Assembly (NCBI GenBank): GCA_945889445.1 | Contig: CAMDBX010000002.1 | Span: 2,041-66,040 of the forward strand | DNA length: 64,000 nucleotides | Reading direction: 5' to 3' | Source of the DNA: Rhizobium sp. Q54 | GTDB taxonomy: Bacteria > Pseudomonadota > Alphaproteobacteria > Rhizobiales > Aestuariivirgaceae | In this document: one piece after another, positions 1-10,485 of the stretch | Layout: the number at the start of each line of letters is the position of its first letter | How positions within the stretch are numbered: the first letter of the stretch is position 1 | Position numbers and translations under genes: made by a program | Notes under the pieces: model-generated | Databases searched by the model: none | What the model was told of the DNA's origin: nothing | What the model saw: only the letters and a program-made list of their open reading frames with translations

Positions 1-684
1 ATCGCCGAAGATTTCCGACGGCGTACCCTCTTCGTGGACGACACCCTCGAACAGGAAGCACACCTTGGAGGCAACTTCGCGAGCGAAACCCATCTCATGG
101 GTGGCAAGCAGCATGGTCATGCCCTGCCCCGCCAGATCGCGCACGATGTTCAGCACCTCGGACACCAGTTCCGGGTCGAGTGCCGAGGTGATCTCGTCGA
201 GCAGCATCACCTTCGGCTCCATGGCGAGAGCCCGCACGATGGCAACGCGCTGTTGCTGGCCGCCGGACAGCCGGTCGGGATATTCCAACGCCTTGGCTTC
301 GAGGCCGATGCGCTTCAGCAGCGCCATGGCCTTCGCTTCAGCCTCGGCGCGGTCCACCTTCAGCACCTTGAGTGGGGCAAGCGTCACGTTCTCCAGCACG
401 CTCATGTGCGGGAACAGGTTGAAGCTCTGGAACACGATGCCCACATTGCGCCGCAGGGTGTTGACGTCGACACCGGGGCCGGACACGCGATCATTCATCA
501 GCCGGATCTCGCCGCCCTGGATCTTTTCGAGGCCGTTGATGCAGCGGAGCAGCGTGGACTTGCCGCAGCCCGACGCCCCGATGAGGCAAACGACCTGGTG
601 CTCGTTCACCGACAGGTTCACGCCGCGCAGTACCTTGACGGGACCGAATTCCTTCTCGACGTTGACGATCTCGAGGAAGGACAT
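1..684 (-). CDS. Amino acid ABC transporter ATP-binding protein (partial, 3' end runs off the window edge)
   Basis: Absent from the ORF track. Read manually from ATG at 684: [24 protein letters not shown]...GASGCGKST (Walker A), [11 protein letters not shown] signature, MLLDE Walker B. Lies 3 bp downstream of the permease. Confidence 0.93.
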   Translation of the reverse strand, partial: MSFLEIVNVEKEFGPVKVLRGVNLSVNEHQVVCLIGASGCGKSTLLRCINGLEKIQGGEIRLMNDRVSGPGVDVNTLRRNVGIVFQSFNLFPHMSVLENVTLAPLKVLKVDRAEAEAKAMALLKRIGLEAKALEYPDRLSGGQQQRVAIVRALAMEPKVMLLDEITSALDPELVSEVLNIVRDLAGQGMTMLLATHEMGFAREVASKVCFLFEGVVHEEGTPSEIFGD

Positions 685-687
685 GGT

Positions 688-1842
688 TCAGCCCCCTGCC
701 CGCATGCGGGCATTGTCACGCTCGATCATCTTGTCGACGAAGCGGGCCTGCGGAATGGTGATGATCACGAAGAGGATTGCCACCACGGTGACGGCAGAAA
801 GATTGAACGCATTGGCCGCGATGATGCGCGACTGGTTGAAGGCATCGATGACGCCAACCACCTGCACAAGGGCGGTATCCTTCTGCAGTCCGATGAAATC
901 ATTGAGCAGCGGCGCGATGATCCGGCGTACCGCCTGGGGCACGACCACATAACGCATGGTCTGCATGTAGGAGAGACCAAGCGAGCGAGCGGCCGAAACC
1001 TGGCTCCAGTGGATCGACTCGATGCCCGAACGGTACACTTCGGCAACATAGGCGCCATAGGTCAATGTGAGCGCCAGAATGCACCACCAGATCACGGGAA
1101 TGCGGGTGAGCGAGCGCTGCTCCGCCACCGTCATGGAGGACATGTCAACGAACAGGCCCACGACGTGCGGCACGATCATTTCCGGCAGGCCCGAGGTCGG
1201 GATGCCAAAGCCGATCAGGTAAAGCGTCACGACTGCGGGGAGGCCCCGGAAGATGTCGCAATAGAGAATGGCGAGCGCGCGGATCGGCTGGCCGGCCTTG
1301 CCGGGCATCAGGCGCGCCAGCGCCACGATCAGACCCCAGACCAGCACCAGAACTTCCGCGACGACGAAGATGAAGATATTCGTCAGGATGAACTGCTTGG
1401 TGACCAGCCACCACTTCTGCTGCATCAAAGGCAGGTAGAAGAATGTCTTGCCCACCGCCACGTCGTTCATCATCACGAAGACGGAGAAGCCAAGGGCAAT
1501 CAACACGAAAGCGCCCCAGCCGAAGGTCACCCAGCCGTTCTCGCGCGAGGCGGCGGTCTGGATGCGCGCCTCGACAATGTCGCCGCTCGCGAGGGCCGTC
1601 GCGGCCTTGCGCGATTCTCCGAAAGACCGGATCGCCGGAATGAACAGCAGCGCAGTGATGGCAATGACCAGCCAGAAGATCACCTGCCAGATACCGCTCA
1701 TCACGCCCAGAACTTCGAGCGACGCACGCACCAGATGGGTGGCACCATAGGCCGCAAGTGTGCACAGGGCGGCGAACAGCAGCGCGACGGTCGCGAGACC
1801 GTCGGCGCGCTGCGGCAGCGGGGGAGGTGCGTGATTTATCAC
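688..1842 (-). CDS. Amino acid ABC transporter permease (HisM/GlnP family) with N-terminal extension
   Basis: Multiple TM segments, FRGLP motif, AYVAEVYRSGIESI..Q..AARSLGLS EAA loop. Confidence 0.92.
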   Translation of the reverse strand: MINHAPPPLPQRADGLATVALLFAALCTLAAYGATHLVRASLEVLGVMSGIWQVIFWLVIAITALLFIPAIRSFGESRKAATALASGDIVEARIQTAASRENGWVTFGWGAFVLIALGFSVFVMMNDVAVGKTFFYLPLMQQKWWLVTKQFILTNIFIFVVAEVLVLVWGLIVALARLMPGKAGQPIRALAILYCDIFRGLPAVVTLYLIGFGIPTSGLPEMIVPHVVGLFVDMSSMTVAEQRSLTRIPVIWWCILALTLTYGAYVAEVYRSGIESIHWSQVSAARSLGLSYMQTMRYVVVPQAVRRIIAPLLNDFIGLQKDTALVQVVGVIDAFNQSRIIAANAFNLSAVTVVAILFVIITIPQARFVDKMIERDNARMRAGG

Positions 1843-1853
1843 TTGGATGGGAA

Positions 1854-1883
1854 TGCCCCCGCCACCCTCAGGCAGCGGGGGCA
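1854..1883 (-). terminator. Intergenic hairpin downstream of the substrate-binding protein gene (mRNA stabiliser or partial terminator)
   Basis: tgcccccgc ... gcgggggca 9-bp stem between the SBP and permease genes. Confidence 0.5.
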
Positions 1884-1889
1884 GTGACC

Positions 1890-2732
1890 TCAGTGGTTGA
1901 AATACGGAACGGCGGCCGGGTCCCTGCCCCAGGCGGCGGCAAGGTACTTGGCACCCAGCTTCGCGATCGTGCCGTCATCGATCATCGACTGCATGATCTT
2001 GTCGATCGTCGCGTTGTTGGCGTTGCCCTTCGGATAGATGGCACCATAGGATTCACCGGTCTTGTACTGGCCGACAACGTCCACCTTGTCCGGGTTGGCA
2101 ACAACCTCGGCGAGCACGATCGAGGTGTCGGTCACCGCGACGTCCACCTGCCCGGCGCGCAATGCTGCGAACATGTCACCCTGGTCCGGATAGACCTGAA
2201 CGTCGGTGATGCCGAGTTTGTCCTGCACGAAAGCGGCACCGGTGGTTGCCTGCTGCACGCCGATCTTAGCGGACTTGATCGTCTTCTCGTCGACGGGCGC
2301 ATCCTTGCGTACCAACACGCCGATATCGGAGCTGAAATAGGGCACCGAGAAGTCATGGATCTTCTTGCGCTCGTCAGTGATCGAGATTTGCGACATGGCG
2401 AGGTCGAAGTCGGCAGTCTGGCCAGCGATCAGCGCATCCCAGCCGACGTTCACAACTTCGAGCTTGTCATAACCTGCACGCCAGGCGATCTCGGCAGCCA
2501 TGCAGTATTCCATGCCATCCTTGATGGCTTCGGGCGTATCGCCGTTCCACCAGATTGGGGCGGGCAGGGAGACTTCAACGGTGAGTTGTCCGGCCTTGGC
2601 AGGACTGGCGATGGCGATCGATCCCTTCTCGCCCATCACTTCGCAATTGCCGATCATGTTGGCGGCAGACGCCGGCAAGCTGAAGGCCAGCATTGCCGCG
2701 GCCGCGAGAAGCACGCGCTTCGAAATGGTCAT
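1890..2732 (-). CDS. Polar amino acid ABC transporter substrate-binding protein (family 3)
   Basis: Signal peptide (LLAAAAMLAFSLPASA), WDALI...DLAMSQISITDERKK..DFSVPY, IGVQQATTG motifs. Confidence 0.92.
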   Translation of the reverse strand: MTISKRVLLAAAAMLAFSLPASAANMIGNCEVMGEKGSIAIASPAKAGQLTVEVSLPAPIWWNGDTPEAIKDGMEYCMAAEIAWRAGYDKLEVVNVGWDALIAGQTADFDLAMSQISITDERKKIHDFSVPYFSSDIGVLVRKDAPVDEKTIKSAKIGVQQATTGAAFVQDKLGITDVQVYPDQGDMFAALRAGQVDVAVTDTSIVLAEVVANPDKVDVVGQYKTGESYGAIYPKGNANNATIDKIMQSMIDDGTIAKLGAKYLAAAWGRDPAAVPYFNH

Positions 2733-2886
2733 GTCTTGTTTGCTCCCTGTGGTTTGTTATTGCGCTGAATAGAATGGAAAAAGCTGCGGAGGGCAATGAG
2801 CATGACTGCTGAGAAAGATTAATGCAAGACAGCATCCCCAAATTGCAGTAAAGCCCCGCGGCCCCACCTCGAAACCAGATCCGGAC

Positions 2887-4164
2887 ATGCAGGCAATCGG
2901 CATCGATTTCGGCACGACCAACACCGTGCTCGCCTACCCCATGGGAAGCGAAGTGCGGGTGCAGTCGTTTCTGCGGGAGCATGCGGCGCATGAGGCGCTC
3001 CGGACCACCCTTTCATTCAGGCGCAACCCCGTGGCGGGCGGCAAACCATTGGCCGACGCTGGCCCATGGGCCATACAGGACTACATTGAGGCACCGGAGG
3101 ACACGCGCTTCCTGCAGTCATTCAAGTCATTCGCTGCCAGCGCTTCATTCACTGACACAGCGGTGTTTACCAGCCGCTACCGCTTCGAAGATCTGATGGC
3201 GATCTACCTCGGCAAGGTGCAGGATCATGCCAGGCTCGAACACTTCCCGAAACGCCTTGCCATCGGGCGGCCCGTCACCTTCGCGGGCCAGACCCCGGAC
3301 GACGCGCTGGCGCAGCGGCGCTATGCGGCGGCTCTCGACGCACTCGGCTTCGAGAAGGTCAGCTATGTGCTCGAGCCGGTGGCCGCTGCCTATTTCTATG
3401 CCCAGCGCCTGACGCGTGACGCCGTGATCCTCGTCGCGGACCTCGGCGGCGGCACCAGCGACTTCTCGGTGCTGCGCTTCCGCAGGCTGCGCGGTCGCGC
3501 CACGGCCGAAGCCCTCGCACACACCGGCATCGGCATCGCGGGTGACAATTTCGATTACCGCATCATTGATCACGTGGTGTCGCCCCGGCTGGGCAAGAAT
3601 GCCACCTACATGAGTTGGGGCAAGGAACTCGCCGTACCCAGGCATTACTTCGCCAGCTTCTCGCGCTGGAACGAACTCTGCCTCATGAGGCGGCCTGACG
3701 TGCTGCGTGAGTTGCGAGAACTGGCGCGCACCAGTTCATCGGGAGATGCCCTGCTCAGTCTCGTCGACCTGATCGAGGGCGGCGTCAGCTACGAGCTCTA
3801 TCGCGCGGTATCGCATGCCAAGGCGGCATTGACGGATCACGACTCGGTGCCTTTCCGGTTCAAGCTTTCGGGTGTCGACATCGCCGGCAAGATCAGCCGC
3901 AAGAATTTCGAACGCTGGATCGCGCCAGACCTTGAGAGGATCGGCGCCACGGCGGATGAGGCACTCACCAAGGCCGGTCTGGCAGCGAAGGACATCGACC
4001 GTGTCTTCCTCACCGGCGGCACCTCTTTCGTTCCCGCCGTGCGCCGGCTATTCGAGCAGCGCTTCCCGAAGGAAAAGATCGACTCTGGCGAGCAATTGCT
4101 CTCCATCGCCAAGGGCCTCGCCCTCATTGCCGGCTCCGATGAGATGGAGGCGTGGGCTGCATGA
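2887..4164 (+). CDS. Hsp70-family protein (YegD-like, nucleotide-binding domain only)
   Basis: IGIDFGTTN, EPVAAA, DLGGGTSDFS, VFLTGGTS motifs; 425 aa with no substrate-binding domain. Confidence 0.9.
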   Translation: MQAIGIDFGTTNTVLAYPMGSEVRVQSFLREHAAHEALRTTLSFRRNPVAGGKPLADAGPWAIQDYIEAPEDTRFLQSFKSFAASASFTDTAVFTSRYRFEDLMAIYLGKVQDHARLEHFPKRLAIGRPVTFAGQTPDDALAQRRYAAALDALGFEKVSYVLEPVAAAYFYAQRLTRDAVILVADLGGGTSDFSVLRFRRLRGRATAEALAHTGIGIAGDNFDYRIIDHVVSPRLGKNATYMSWGKELAVPRHYFASFSRWNELCLMRRPDVLRELRELARTSSSGDALLSLVDLIEGGVSYELYRAVSHAKAALTDHDSVPFRFKLSGVDIAGKISRKNFERWIAPDLERIGATADEALTKAGLAAKDIDRVFLTGGTSFVPAVRRLFEQRFPKEKIDSGEQLLSIAKGLALIAGSDEMEAWAA

Positions 4165-4889
4165 ACATCGCTGTCAGCGCCTTCTACAAGTTCGTCAGCC
4201 TGCCTCATTTCACAGCGCTTCGTCCCGTGCTGCTCGACGCGGCGCGACAGCGAAGCATTCGCGGCACCATCTTGCTTGCGCCAGAAGGCATCAACGGCAC
4301 GATCGCCGGGGCACCGGACGACCTCGCAGCGATGATGGATCTTATCCGATCCATGCCGGACTTCGCCAACCTCGACAGCAAGCAGTCGCATGCGCAGGAC
4401 ATGCCCTTCAAGCACATGAAGGTGCGACTGAAGAAGGAGATCGTCACCATGGGCGTTGCAAGGCTGGACCCGGCGCGCGTCGTCGGCACCTATGTGGCAC
4501 CGCAGGAGTGGAACGCACTTATCTCCGACCCCGAGGTTCTGGTGATCGACACGCGCAACAGCTTCGAATTTGCCGCCGGAACTTTCCGCAATGCGGTAGA
4601 CCCCGGCACGCGGAGCTTCGGCGAGTTCCCGGCCTATGTGGCACGGGAACTCCCGGAATACAGGAACCGGAAAATCGCCATGTTTTGCACTGGCGGCATC
4701 CGCTGCGAGAAGGCGACCAGCTATCTCCGCGATCAGGGTTTCGAGAACGTGTTTCACCTCAAGGGCGGCATCCTCAAGTATCTCGAAGTGATACCGCCGA
4801 ACCAGAGCCTGTGGCAGGGCTCGTGCTTCGTGTTCGACGAACGCGAGGGTTTGGGCCACGGACTGGACATCAACAGGCCCGCGGACTGA
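4161..4889 (+). CDS. trhO: Rhodanese-related tRNA uridine(34) hydroxylase (YceA/TrhO family)
   Basis: FYKF, GTILLAPEGINGT, DTRN..E...GTF..A, FCTGGIRCEKA, LKGGILKYLE, CFVFDER; ATGA overlap with the Hsp70 stop. Confidence 0.88.
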   Translation: MNIAVSAFYKFVSLPHFTALRPVLLDAARQRSIRGTILLAPEGINGTIAGAPDDLAAMMDLIRSMPDFANLDSKQSHAQDMPFKHMKVRLKKEIVTMGVARLDPARVVGTYVAPQEWNALISDPEVLVIDTRNSFEFAAGTFRNAVDPGTRSFGEFPAYVARELPEYRNRKIAMFCTGGIRCEKATSYLRDQGFENVFHLKGGILKYLEVIPPNQSLWQGSCFVFDEREGLGHGLDINRPAD

Positions 4890-7640
4890 TCAACCCGTCC
4901 AGCCCAGTCCCGCCGCGACACAGTTCATGGTCATCAGCAGCGGCATCATCAGTGTCTCGTTGCCGCCGCCGCTGCGCCGCGTCTCCTTCAGCAATTGCAC
5001 CTGCCAGCGGTTGGCCTGGTCAACCATCGGGCGCACCCGCTCGAAGCGGCGCTGCAAGCCTTCGAAGCGCTCGCACAGTCGCGTCTCGCCGGTGAGTTCG
5101 AGAATGGTGCGCGCCGTACGGCTATGCTCATGGCGGATCAATGCGAACAGGCGCTCCGCCGAGGTGCGGTCGGTCACCAGCTCGGCATATTGCTCGGCCA
5201 CGTTCATGTCGGCGAGGTAGAGCGACTTCTCGACCTCATCCACCGCGAGCCGGAAGCCGCGCGACTTGGTGAACATGTCACGCAGCAGCCGCATGCCATC
5301 ACCACCGCGCGGAACGAGGAAGTCGTCGAAGGCGTAGCCCAGCCCGTACCAGCCGGTCAGCAGGTGGCGGTTCTGGCTCCAGGCGAAGACCCACGGAATG
5401 GCGCGAAGGTCGCCAATGCCCTTTGCCCCGAAACGGCGGGCAGGCCGGGAGCCGAGCTTGAGGTTCGCAAGTTCCTCCACCGGCGAAGCCTGGTGGAAAT
5501 AGTCGAGCAGTCCCTTGTCCTCCGCGAGCTTTCGATAATGCCGGAAGGACGCCTGGGCGATCCATTCAACCGCTTTCTGGTGCTCGGGGTTCACCTTGAG
5601 TTCGGGCTCGTCGATGGACTTCAGCGTATGCACAAAGACCGATGCCGCAAGAATCTCAAGATTGTGCTGCGCCGTGCCGCGATTGGCGAACTTGGACGAA
5701 ACAACCTCACCCTGCTCCGTCACACGCATGCGGCCGTCTATGGTGCCCGCGGGCTGGGCGGCTATCGCCCGGCCGGTGGGCGCGCCCCCCCGGCTCACCG
5801 AGCCGCCGCGGCCGTGGAAGTAGCTGATCGAGACGCCGGCATCGCGGCCGATTCGGATAAGACGCCGCTGGGCCTCGAAAAGCTCGAAGCTGGCGCAGAA
5901 GAAACCGCCATCCTTGTTCGAGTCAGAATAGCCAAGCATCACTTCCTGGCGGCCACCATGCGCGGCAACAGAGGTCTTCACCACCGGATGCGCCAGAAGC
6001 TCGGTCATGATGGCAGGCGCCGCGCGCAGGTCATCGATGGTTTCGAACAGCGGCACCGCGCGAATGCGGCAAACCTCGCGCGCCGTCTCGTCGGCAAAGA
6101 GGCCGCTGAACTTGGCGAGGAGGTAGAGGCCGAGAACGTCCGCCGCACTCTGTGTCATCGACAGGATGAAAGCGGCGATGGCTTGCGGATCTGGCCCGTC
6201 GATCGTGTCGCGGATGAGTTCGAGAAGTCCAAGCAACTCGCGCGCCTCGTCGGAGACCCCGCGGAACTGCGGCAGGAAGCCGAGCGGCTTGGCAAGTTCC
6301 GCTTCGATCCAGGCCTGCCACGATGCACTGCCGGTCTCAGGGCCCTCTCCCGGCTCCAGCGGGTTCAGCTTGCGCCAGATTTCCTTGAGCACACGGTTGA
6401 TGACGGTGGTGTTCTGGCGGATATCGAGGCTCACAGAACGGAAGCCAAAGGTCTCCACCTCCCAGCGCACCGGGCGCACCAGGGTGGCGGCGATGGATAC
6501 GGATTGCATCTGCGCCAGCGCCTCTTCGGCCGCATGAAGCTCGGAGATCAAATCGCCAGTGTCGAGCGGCTGGAAACCCGCCCCCCTGGGTTCGGTTGAG
6601 AAGGTCTTCGCAAGGCGAACCTTGAGGGCGGTGAAGAAGCGCCGGAACGGCTCATGAGCGTTGCGACTGCCGATTGCCTCGGCATCGCCGGATAGCTCCA
6701 CCTGCGTCTGCACCCGGTCGAGAAAGCTCTGCGGGAAGGAGATTTCCTGCGACGAGAGCGATGCGAGCTGGGCGAGATCGTTGAGCCGCTGCTCGAGCCG
6801 CGCCACGATAGCGTTGCGGTTCTCCTGCAGCGCATAGCGCGTCACGTCCACAGTGACGAAGGGATTGCCGTCGCGGTCGCCGCCAATCCAAGAGGAGTAG
6901 CGCAGGGGCGGGCGCACGCGGTGGGGTGTTTCGGGGTAATGGCGCTGGAGGGCCGCTTCCAGCAGATCGCAGAGGCTCACGGTGCGATCGAACAGTGTCT
7001 CGCGGAAAAAGTGCAATCCCCAATGGATCTCCTGCTCCACCGTCGGCTTCTCCAGGCGGATTTCGCCGGTGAGCCACAAGAGGTCGATCTCGTTGCGCAA
7101 GAGCTTGAGGAGTTGGACACGCTCGCGCGGCGTCCAGCGCGGGCTCTCGAGCTCGTACAGCTTCAGGTAGATGCGGCGATGGATTTCCAGCACGGTGACG
7201 CGCTTGGCCTCTGTCGGGTGCGCGGTGATGGTGGGCTGCACGTCGATCGTGTCGAGGGCAGACTGTACGTCCTCTGGCGAGACGTTGGCAGCCGCGACCG
7301 TGGCGAAGGCATGCGAGAACGAGCCCGGTACGTGATCCGACCCGCTGCGCGTTTCCATCTGGCGGCGGTTGCGCATCGCCGCGTTTTCTTCGGCGATATT
7401 GAGCAACTGCAGCCACATGCCGATCACCTGAAGCGCAGGTTCGATCAACTCGGGGGAAAGGGAAGGGGCGTTGGCCGGTTCGTCAATGATTGCAAGCACG
7501 CGCGGCTCGCGGACGCGGATGACCTGGCGCAACAGGTCGCGCAGCATCATGGTGATCTCGTCCAGATAGGCGTGGTCGACCGGCCCGGTGCTGGCCGCCC
7601 TCGCGAAAGCAACGTTCGACACCTGATGTACGCTCCTCAT
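4890..7640 (-). CDS. ppc: Phosphoenolpyruvate carboxylase
   Basis: TAHPTE, SWIGGDRDGNP, VPLFET, QEVMLGYSDSNKDGG, FHGRGGSVSRGG, LRAIPWVFAWSQNR. Confidence 0.97.
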   Translation of the reverse strand: MRSVHQVSNVAFARAASTGPVDHAYLDEITMMLRDLLRQVIRVREPRVLAIIDEPANAPSLSPELIEPALQVIGMWLQLLNIAEENAAMRNRRQMETRSGSDHVPGSFSHAFATVAAANVSPEDVQSALDTIDVQPTITAHPTEAKRVTVLEIHRRIYLKLYELESPRWTPRERVQLLKLLRNEIDLLWLTGEIRLEKPTVEQEIHWGLHFFRETLFDRTVSLCDLLEAALQRHYPETPHRVRPPLRYSSWIGGDRDGNPFVTVDVTRYALQENRNAIVARLEQRLNDLAQLASLSSQEISFPQSFLDRVQTQVELSGDAEAIGSRNAHEPFRRFFTALKVRLAKTFSTEPRGAGFQPLDTGDLISELHAAEEALAQMQSVSIAATLVRPVRWEVETFGFRSVSLDIRQNTTVINRVLKEIWRKLNPLEPGEGPETGSASWQAWIEAELAKPLGFLPQFRGVSDEARELLGLLELIRDTIDGPDPQAIAAFILSMTQSAADVLGLYLLAKFSGLFADETAREVCRIRAVPLFETIDDLRAAPAIMTELLAHPVVKTSVAAHGGRQEVMLGYSDSNKDGGFFCASFELFEAQRRLIRIGRDAGVSISYFHGRGGSVSRGGAPTGRAIAAQPAGTIDGRMRVTEQGEVVSSKFANRGTAQHNLEILAASVFVHTLKSIDEPELKVNPEHQKAVEWIAQASFRHYRKLAEDKGLLDYFHQASPVEELANLKLGSRPARRFGAKGIGDLRAIPWVFAWSQNRHLLTGWYGLGYAFDDFLVPRGGDGMRLLRDMFTKSRGFRLAVDEVEKSLYLADMNVAEQYAELVTDRTSAERLFALIRHEHSRTARTILELTGETRLCERFEGLQRRFERVRPMVDQANRWQVQLLKETRRSGGGNETLMMPLLMTMNCVAAGLGWTG

Positions 7641-7743
7641 TTCCCCTCAAGAGTTGTGCGGTGCAGCACGAAAAGAGTCAATGGTGATCGCCGGTCCTGG
7701 CCATAGGTGACATCGGCAGTCTGTGCCGCTACAAGGCCGCACC

Positions 7744-9582
7744 ATGCTCCACATCAACAACCTGACCTACAGAATCGGCGGCCGCCTGCTGCTTGAAGAC
7801 GCCTCTGTCGCCGTGCCGGAAGGTCACAAGGTGGGCATCGTGGGTCGCAACGGGGTCGGCAAGTCCACCCTGTTCCGGCTGATTTTGGGCGAAATCCCCA
7901 TGGAAGGCGGGTCAGTCACGCTGCCGCGAAACGCCCGGATCGGCACCGTGGCGCAGGAGGCCCCAGGAGGCCCCGAAAGCCTGCTTGAGACGGTCATGGC
8001 TGGTGATACGGAGCTTTCTGCCCTCCACGCTGAAGCAGAGACCGCAACGGACCCCCACCGCATCGCAGAGATACAGATCCGATTGGCCGACATTGACGCC
8101 CACAGTGCCGAGGCGCGCGCCGCAGTGTTGCTCACCGGACTGGGCTTCACCGAAGAGCAGCAGCAGGGGCCCTGCTCGGCTCTGTCGGGCGGCTGGCGCA
8201 TGCGCGTGGCGCTGGCGGCTGCCTTGTTCGCCAAGCCCGACGTGCTGCTCCTCGACGAGCCCACCAACTACCTCGACCTCGAGGGGGCAATCTGGCTCAA
8301 GAGCTTCATCCGCGACTATCCGCACACCATCGTGCTGATCAGCCATGACCGCGACCTCCTGAACGAGGCGGTGAGCTACATCCTCCACCTCGAGCGCGGC
8401 AAGCTCACCCTCTACCAGGGCAACTACGACAGCTTCGAACGTCAGCGGCGCGAGAAGCAGGCCCTCACCGTCAAGCTGAAAAAAAAGCAGGAGGACCAGC
8501 GCGAGCACATGATGGCTTTCGTCGAGCGCTTCCGTTACAAGGCCTCCAAGGCGCGTCAGGCACAAAGCCGGCTCAAGGCGCTCTCGAAGCTGGAGCCCAT
8601 CGCGGAACTCGTCGAGAACCACGTGGCGCCATTCTTCTTCCCCAACCCCGAGAAGGCCATCGCACCTCCCCTCGTGAAGTGGGACAAGGTCAGCGTCGGC
8701 TATGCCGAGAACAAGCCGGTGCTGCGCAACATCACGCTACGGCTTGATCCGGAAGACCGCATCGCGCTGCTCGGCTCCAACGGCAATGGCAAGTCGACCT
8801 TCGCCAAGCTGCTGTGCGGCAAGCTCAACGCCATGGCCGGTGAGATGAAGGCGCCAGCTCGCCTTACGGTCGGCTACTTTGCCCAGCACCAACTCGACGA
8901 GGTGTCGCCCGACAGGACGCCATATTCCTACTTTGCCGAGCTGATGCCGGACCAGCCGGAAGCGAAGCGCCGCGCCAAGTTGGGCGCTTATGGATTCGGC
9001 GCACAGTTGGCGGATTCGCGCTGCGAAACGTTGTCCGGTGGAGAGAAGGCGCGGCTGCTCTTCGCGCTGGCTGCCTTCCATGCGCCGCACATCCTGGTGC
9101 TCGACGAACCGACGAACCATCTGGACGTCGACAGCCGCGAGGCGCTGATCATGGCGATCAACGATTACGAAGGGGCCGTCATCCTCATCAGCCATGACCG
9201 GCACATCATCGAAACCTGCGTCGACGAACTCTGGCTGGTCCATGATGGCACGGTGACACGCTTCGACGGAGACATGGACGACTACACCCGCCTCGTACTC
9301 GAACGCTCACGGCAAAACCGCCGCGCAGGCCGCGCCGCGAAAACCGTGCAGCCTGAACAGCGCCCTGCGGCAAAGCCAGTGGCAGCGCCCAAGGCCACCG
9401 ACAAGCTCGACCGCAAGATGGATGAACTCCGCGGCAAGATCGACATTCTCGACAAGGCGCTGTCAGACCCACAGATCTTTGCCAGGGAACCGAAGAAGGC
9501 GGCAGACTTCGGCAAGCTTCGCGCCAAGCTCGCGGCGGAACTCGAAGACTTCGAGAACCAGTGGCTCGAGGCGCAGATCTGA
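7744..9582 (+). CDS. ABC-F family ATP-binding protein (YheS-like)
   Basis: Two ABC domains (GRNGVGKST, LSGGWRMR, LLLDEPTNYLD; GSNGNGKST, LSGGEKAR, LDEPTNHLD), no TM segments, C-terminal coiled coil. Confidence 0.95.
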   Translation: MLHINNLTYRIGGRLLLEDASVAVPEGHKVGIVGRNGVGKSTLFRLILGEIPMEGGSVTLPRNARIGTVAQEAPGGPESLLETVMAGDTELSALHAEAETATDPHRIAEIQIRLADIDAHSAEARAAVLLTGLGFTEEQQQGPCSALSGGWRMRVALAAALFAKPDVLLLDEPTNYLDLEGAIWLKSFIRDYPHTIVLISHDRDLLNEAVSYILHLERGKLTLYQGNYDSFERQRREKQALTVKLKKKQEDQREHMMAFVERFRYKASKARQAQSRLKALSKLEPIAELVENHVAPFFFPNPEKAIAPPLVKWDKVSVGYAENKPVLRNITLRLDPEDRIALLGSNGNGKSTFAKLLCGKLNAMAGEMKAPARLTVGYFAQHQLDEVSPDRTPYSYFAELMPDQPEAKRRAKLGAYGFGAQLADSRCETLSGGEKARLLFALAAFHAPHILVLDEPTNHLDVDSREALIMAINDYEGAVILISHDRHIIETCVDELWLVHDGTVTRFDGDMDDYTRLVLERSRQNRRAGRAAKTVQPEQRPAAKPVAAPKATDKLDRKMDELRGKIDILDKALSDPQIFAREPKKAADFGKLRAKLAAELEDFENQWLEAQI

Positions 9583-9586
9583 CGGG

Positions 9587-10045
9587 CTACTTGCCCGCCG
9601 CGCGGTTCTGCCAGCGGCCCTGCTCGTCCTGCTGCCAGTAGCTGACTTCGTGTCCCGCCGCCTTGAAGCGCTTCCAGCCCTCACGCGCTGCTTCCACGGC
9701 CTGCTGATCGTTGCCGTCGAACATGATGACGGCGCGGGTCAGGCCGCCGATCTCGCCCACCGCCGCGCCATCGACATAGAACCGGATGTTTGCGTTGTTG
9801 GGGTTGTCGTCCTCGCCCGTCAGCCAGACCGGCTGCAGATCCGGGAAACCATCGGCCTTGGTGCCATGCGGCAGGAAGCTGTCGTCGTCAAAGCACCATA
9901 ACTGGGTAGAGAGGGCTTCTGCTCTTTCCTCCGTTCCGGCCTGAACCACCACCCGCCAACCGCGCTCAAGGCTCATGCCCAGCAGTTTCGGCAGCACGGC
10001 GTCCAGCGGTTGGCGTTCCAGGTGATAGAAGAAAACCGGCGTCAT
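9587..10045 (-). CDS. holC: DNA polymerase III subunit chi
   Basis: FFYHL, LW..DDSFLPHG, QPVWL, AR..WK..K..G..SYWQQ...GRW. Confidence 0.93.
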   Translation of the reverse strand: MTPVFFYHLERQPLDAVLPKLLGMSLERGWRVVVQAGTEERAEALSTQLWCFDDDSFLPHGTKADGFPDLQPVWLTGEDDNPNNANIRFYVDGAAVGEIGGLTRAVIMFDGNDQQAVEAAREGWKRFKAAGHEVSYWQQDEQGRWQNRAAGK

Positions 10046-10203
10046 CGGCCCCATTGAGCAACGCTCTCGCTCCTGGTCAAGCCCGCATCGGCTGCTTGCC
10101 AGGAGGCCATGCTGGCAATTCTACCATATTGCAGCTTCCAGCGTCTCCGGAGAATTCTGCAACCAGACGCAACACAACCGATTCGGAAGCAGCGGAGATT
10201 AAT

Positions 10204-10485
10204 GTGAGACGGACTGAACGTGACGAGCGGCCTCTTCCCCTCTCCGATGCCCCAACGACTTCAAGCATTTACTGTCTTACCGCGATGGTGGCGGACGAGG
10301 CCTCGCAGGCCGGCTTCCGTGACTTTGCCAAGGCGATCGAGGCCGCCCTCGGCGGATTTCTGGCTGCCTTGCCCCCTGATCAGCAGGAAAACGCCCTGCG
10401 ATTATCTTATGAAATCGCTTTAGGCTGCGGGGATGATGGCGAGGAACCTGCCCCGCCCCGCCTTCGTCTGGTCTATTCGCGCTAG
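10204..10485 (+). CDS. Hypothetical small protein (~93 aa)
   Basis: GTG at 10204 preceded by GGAG; fills the gap between holC and mttB; stop overlaps the convergent mttB stop (CTAG); C-terminal PRLRLV tail. Confidence 0.55.
   Translation: MRRTERDERPLPLSDAPTTSSIYCLTAMVADEASQAGFRDFAKAIEAALGGFLAALPPDQQENALRLSYEIALGCGDDGEEPAPPRLRLVYSR

Noticed and set aside
34..1887. 617-aa plus-strand ORF
   Set aside because: Antisense shadow of the ABC transporter genes with no family motifs; typical of high-GC codon bias
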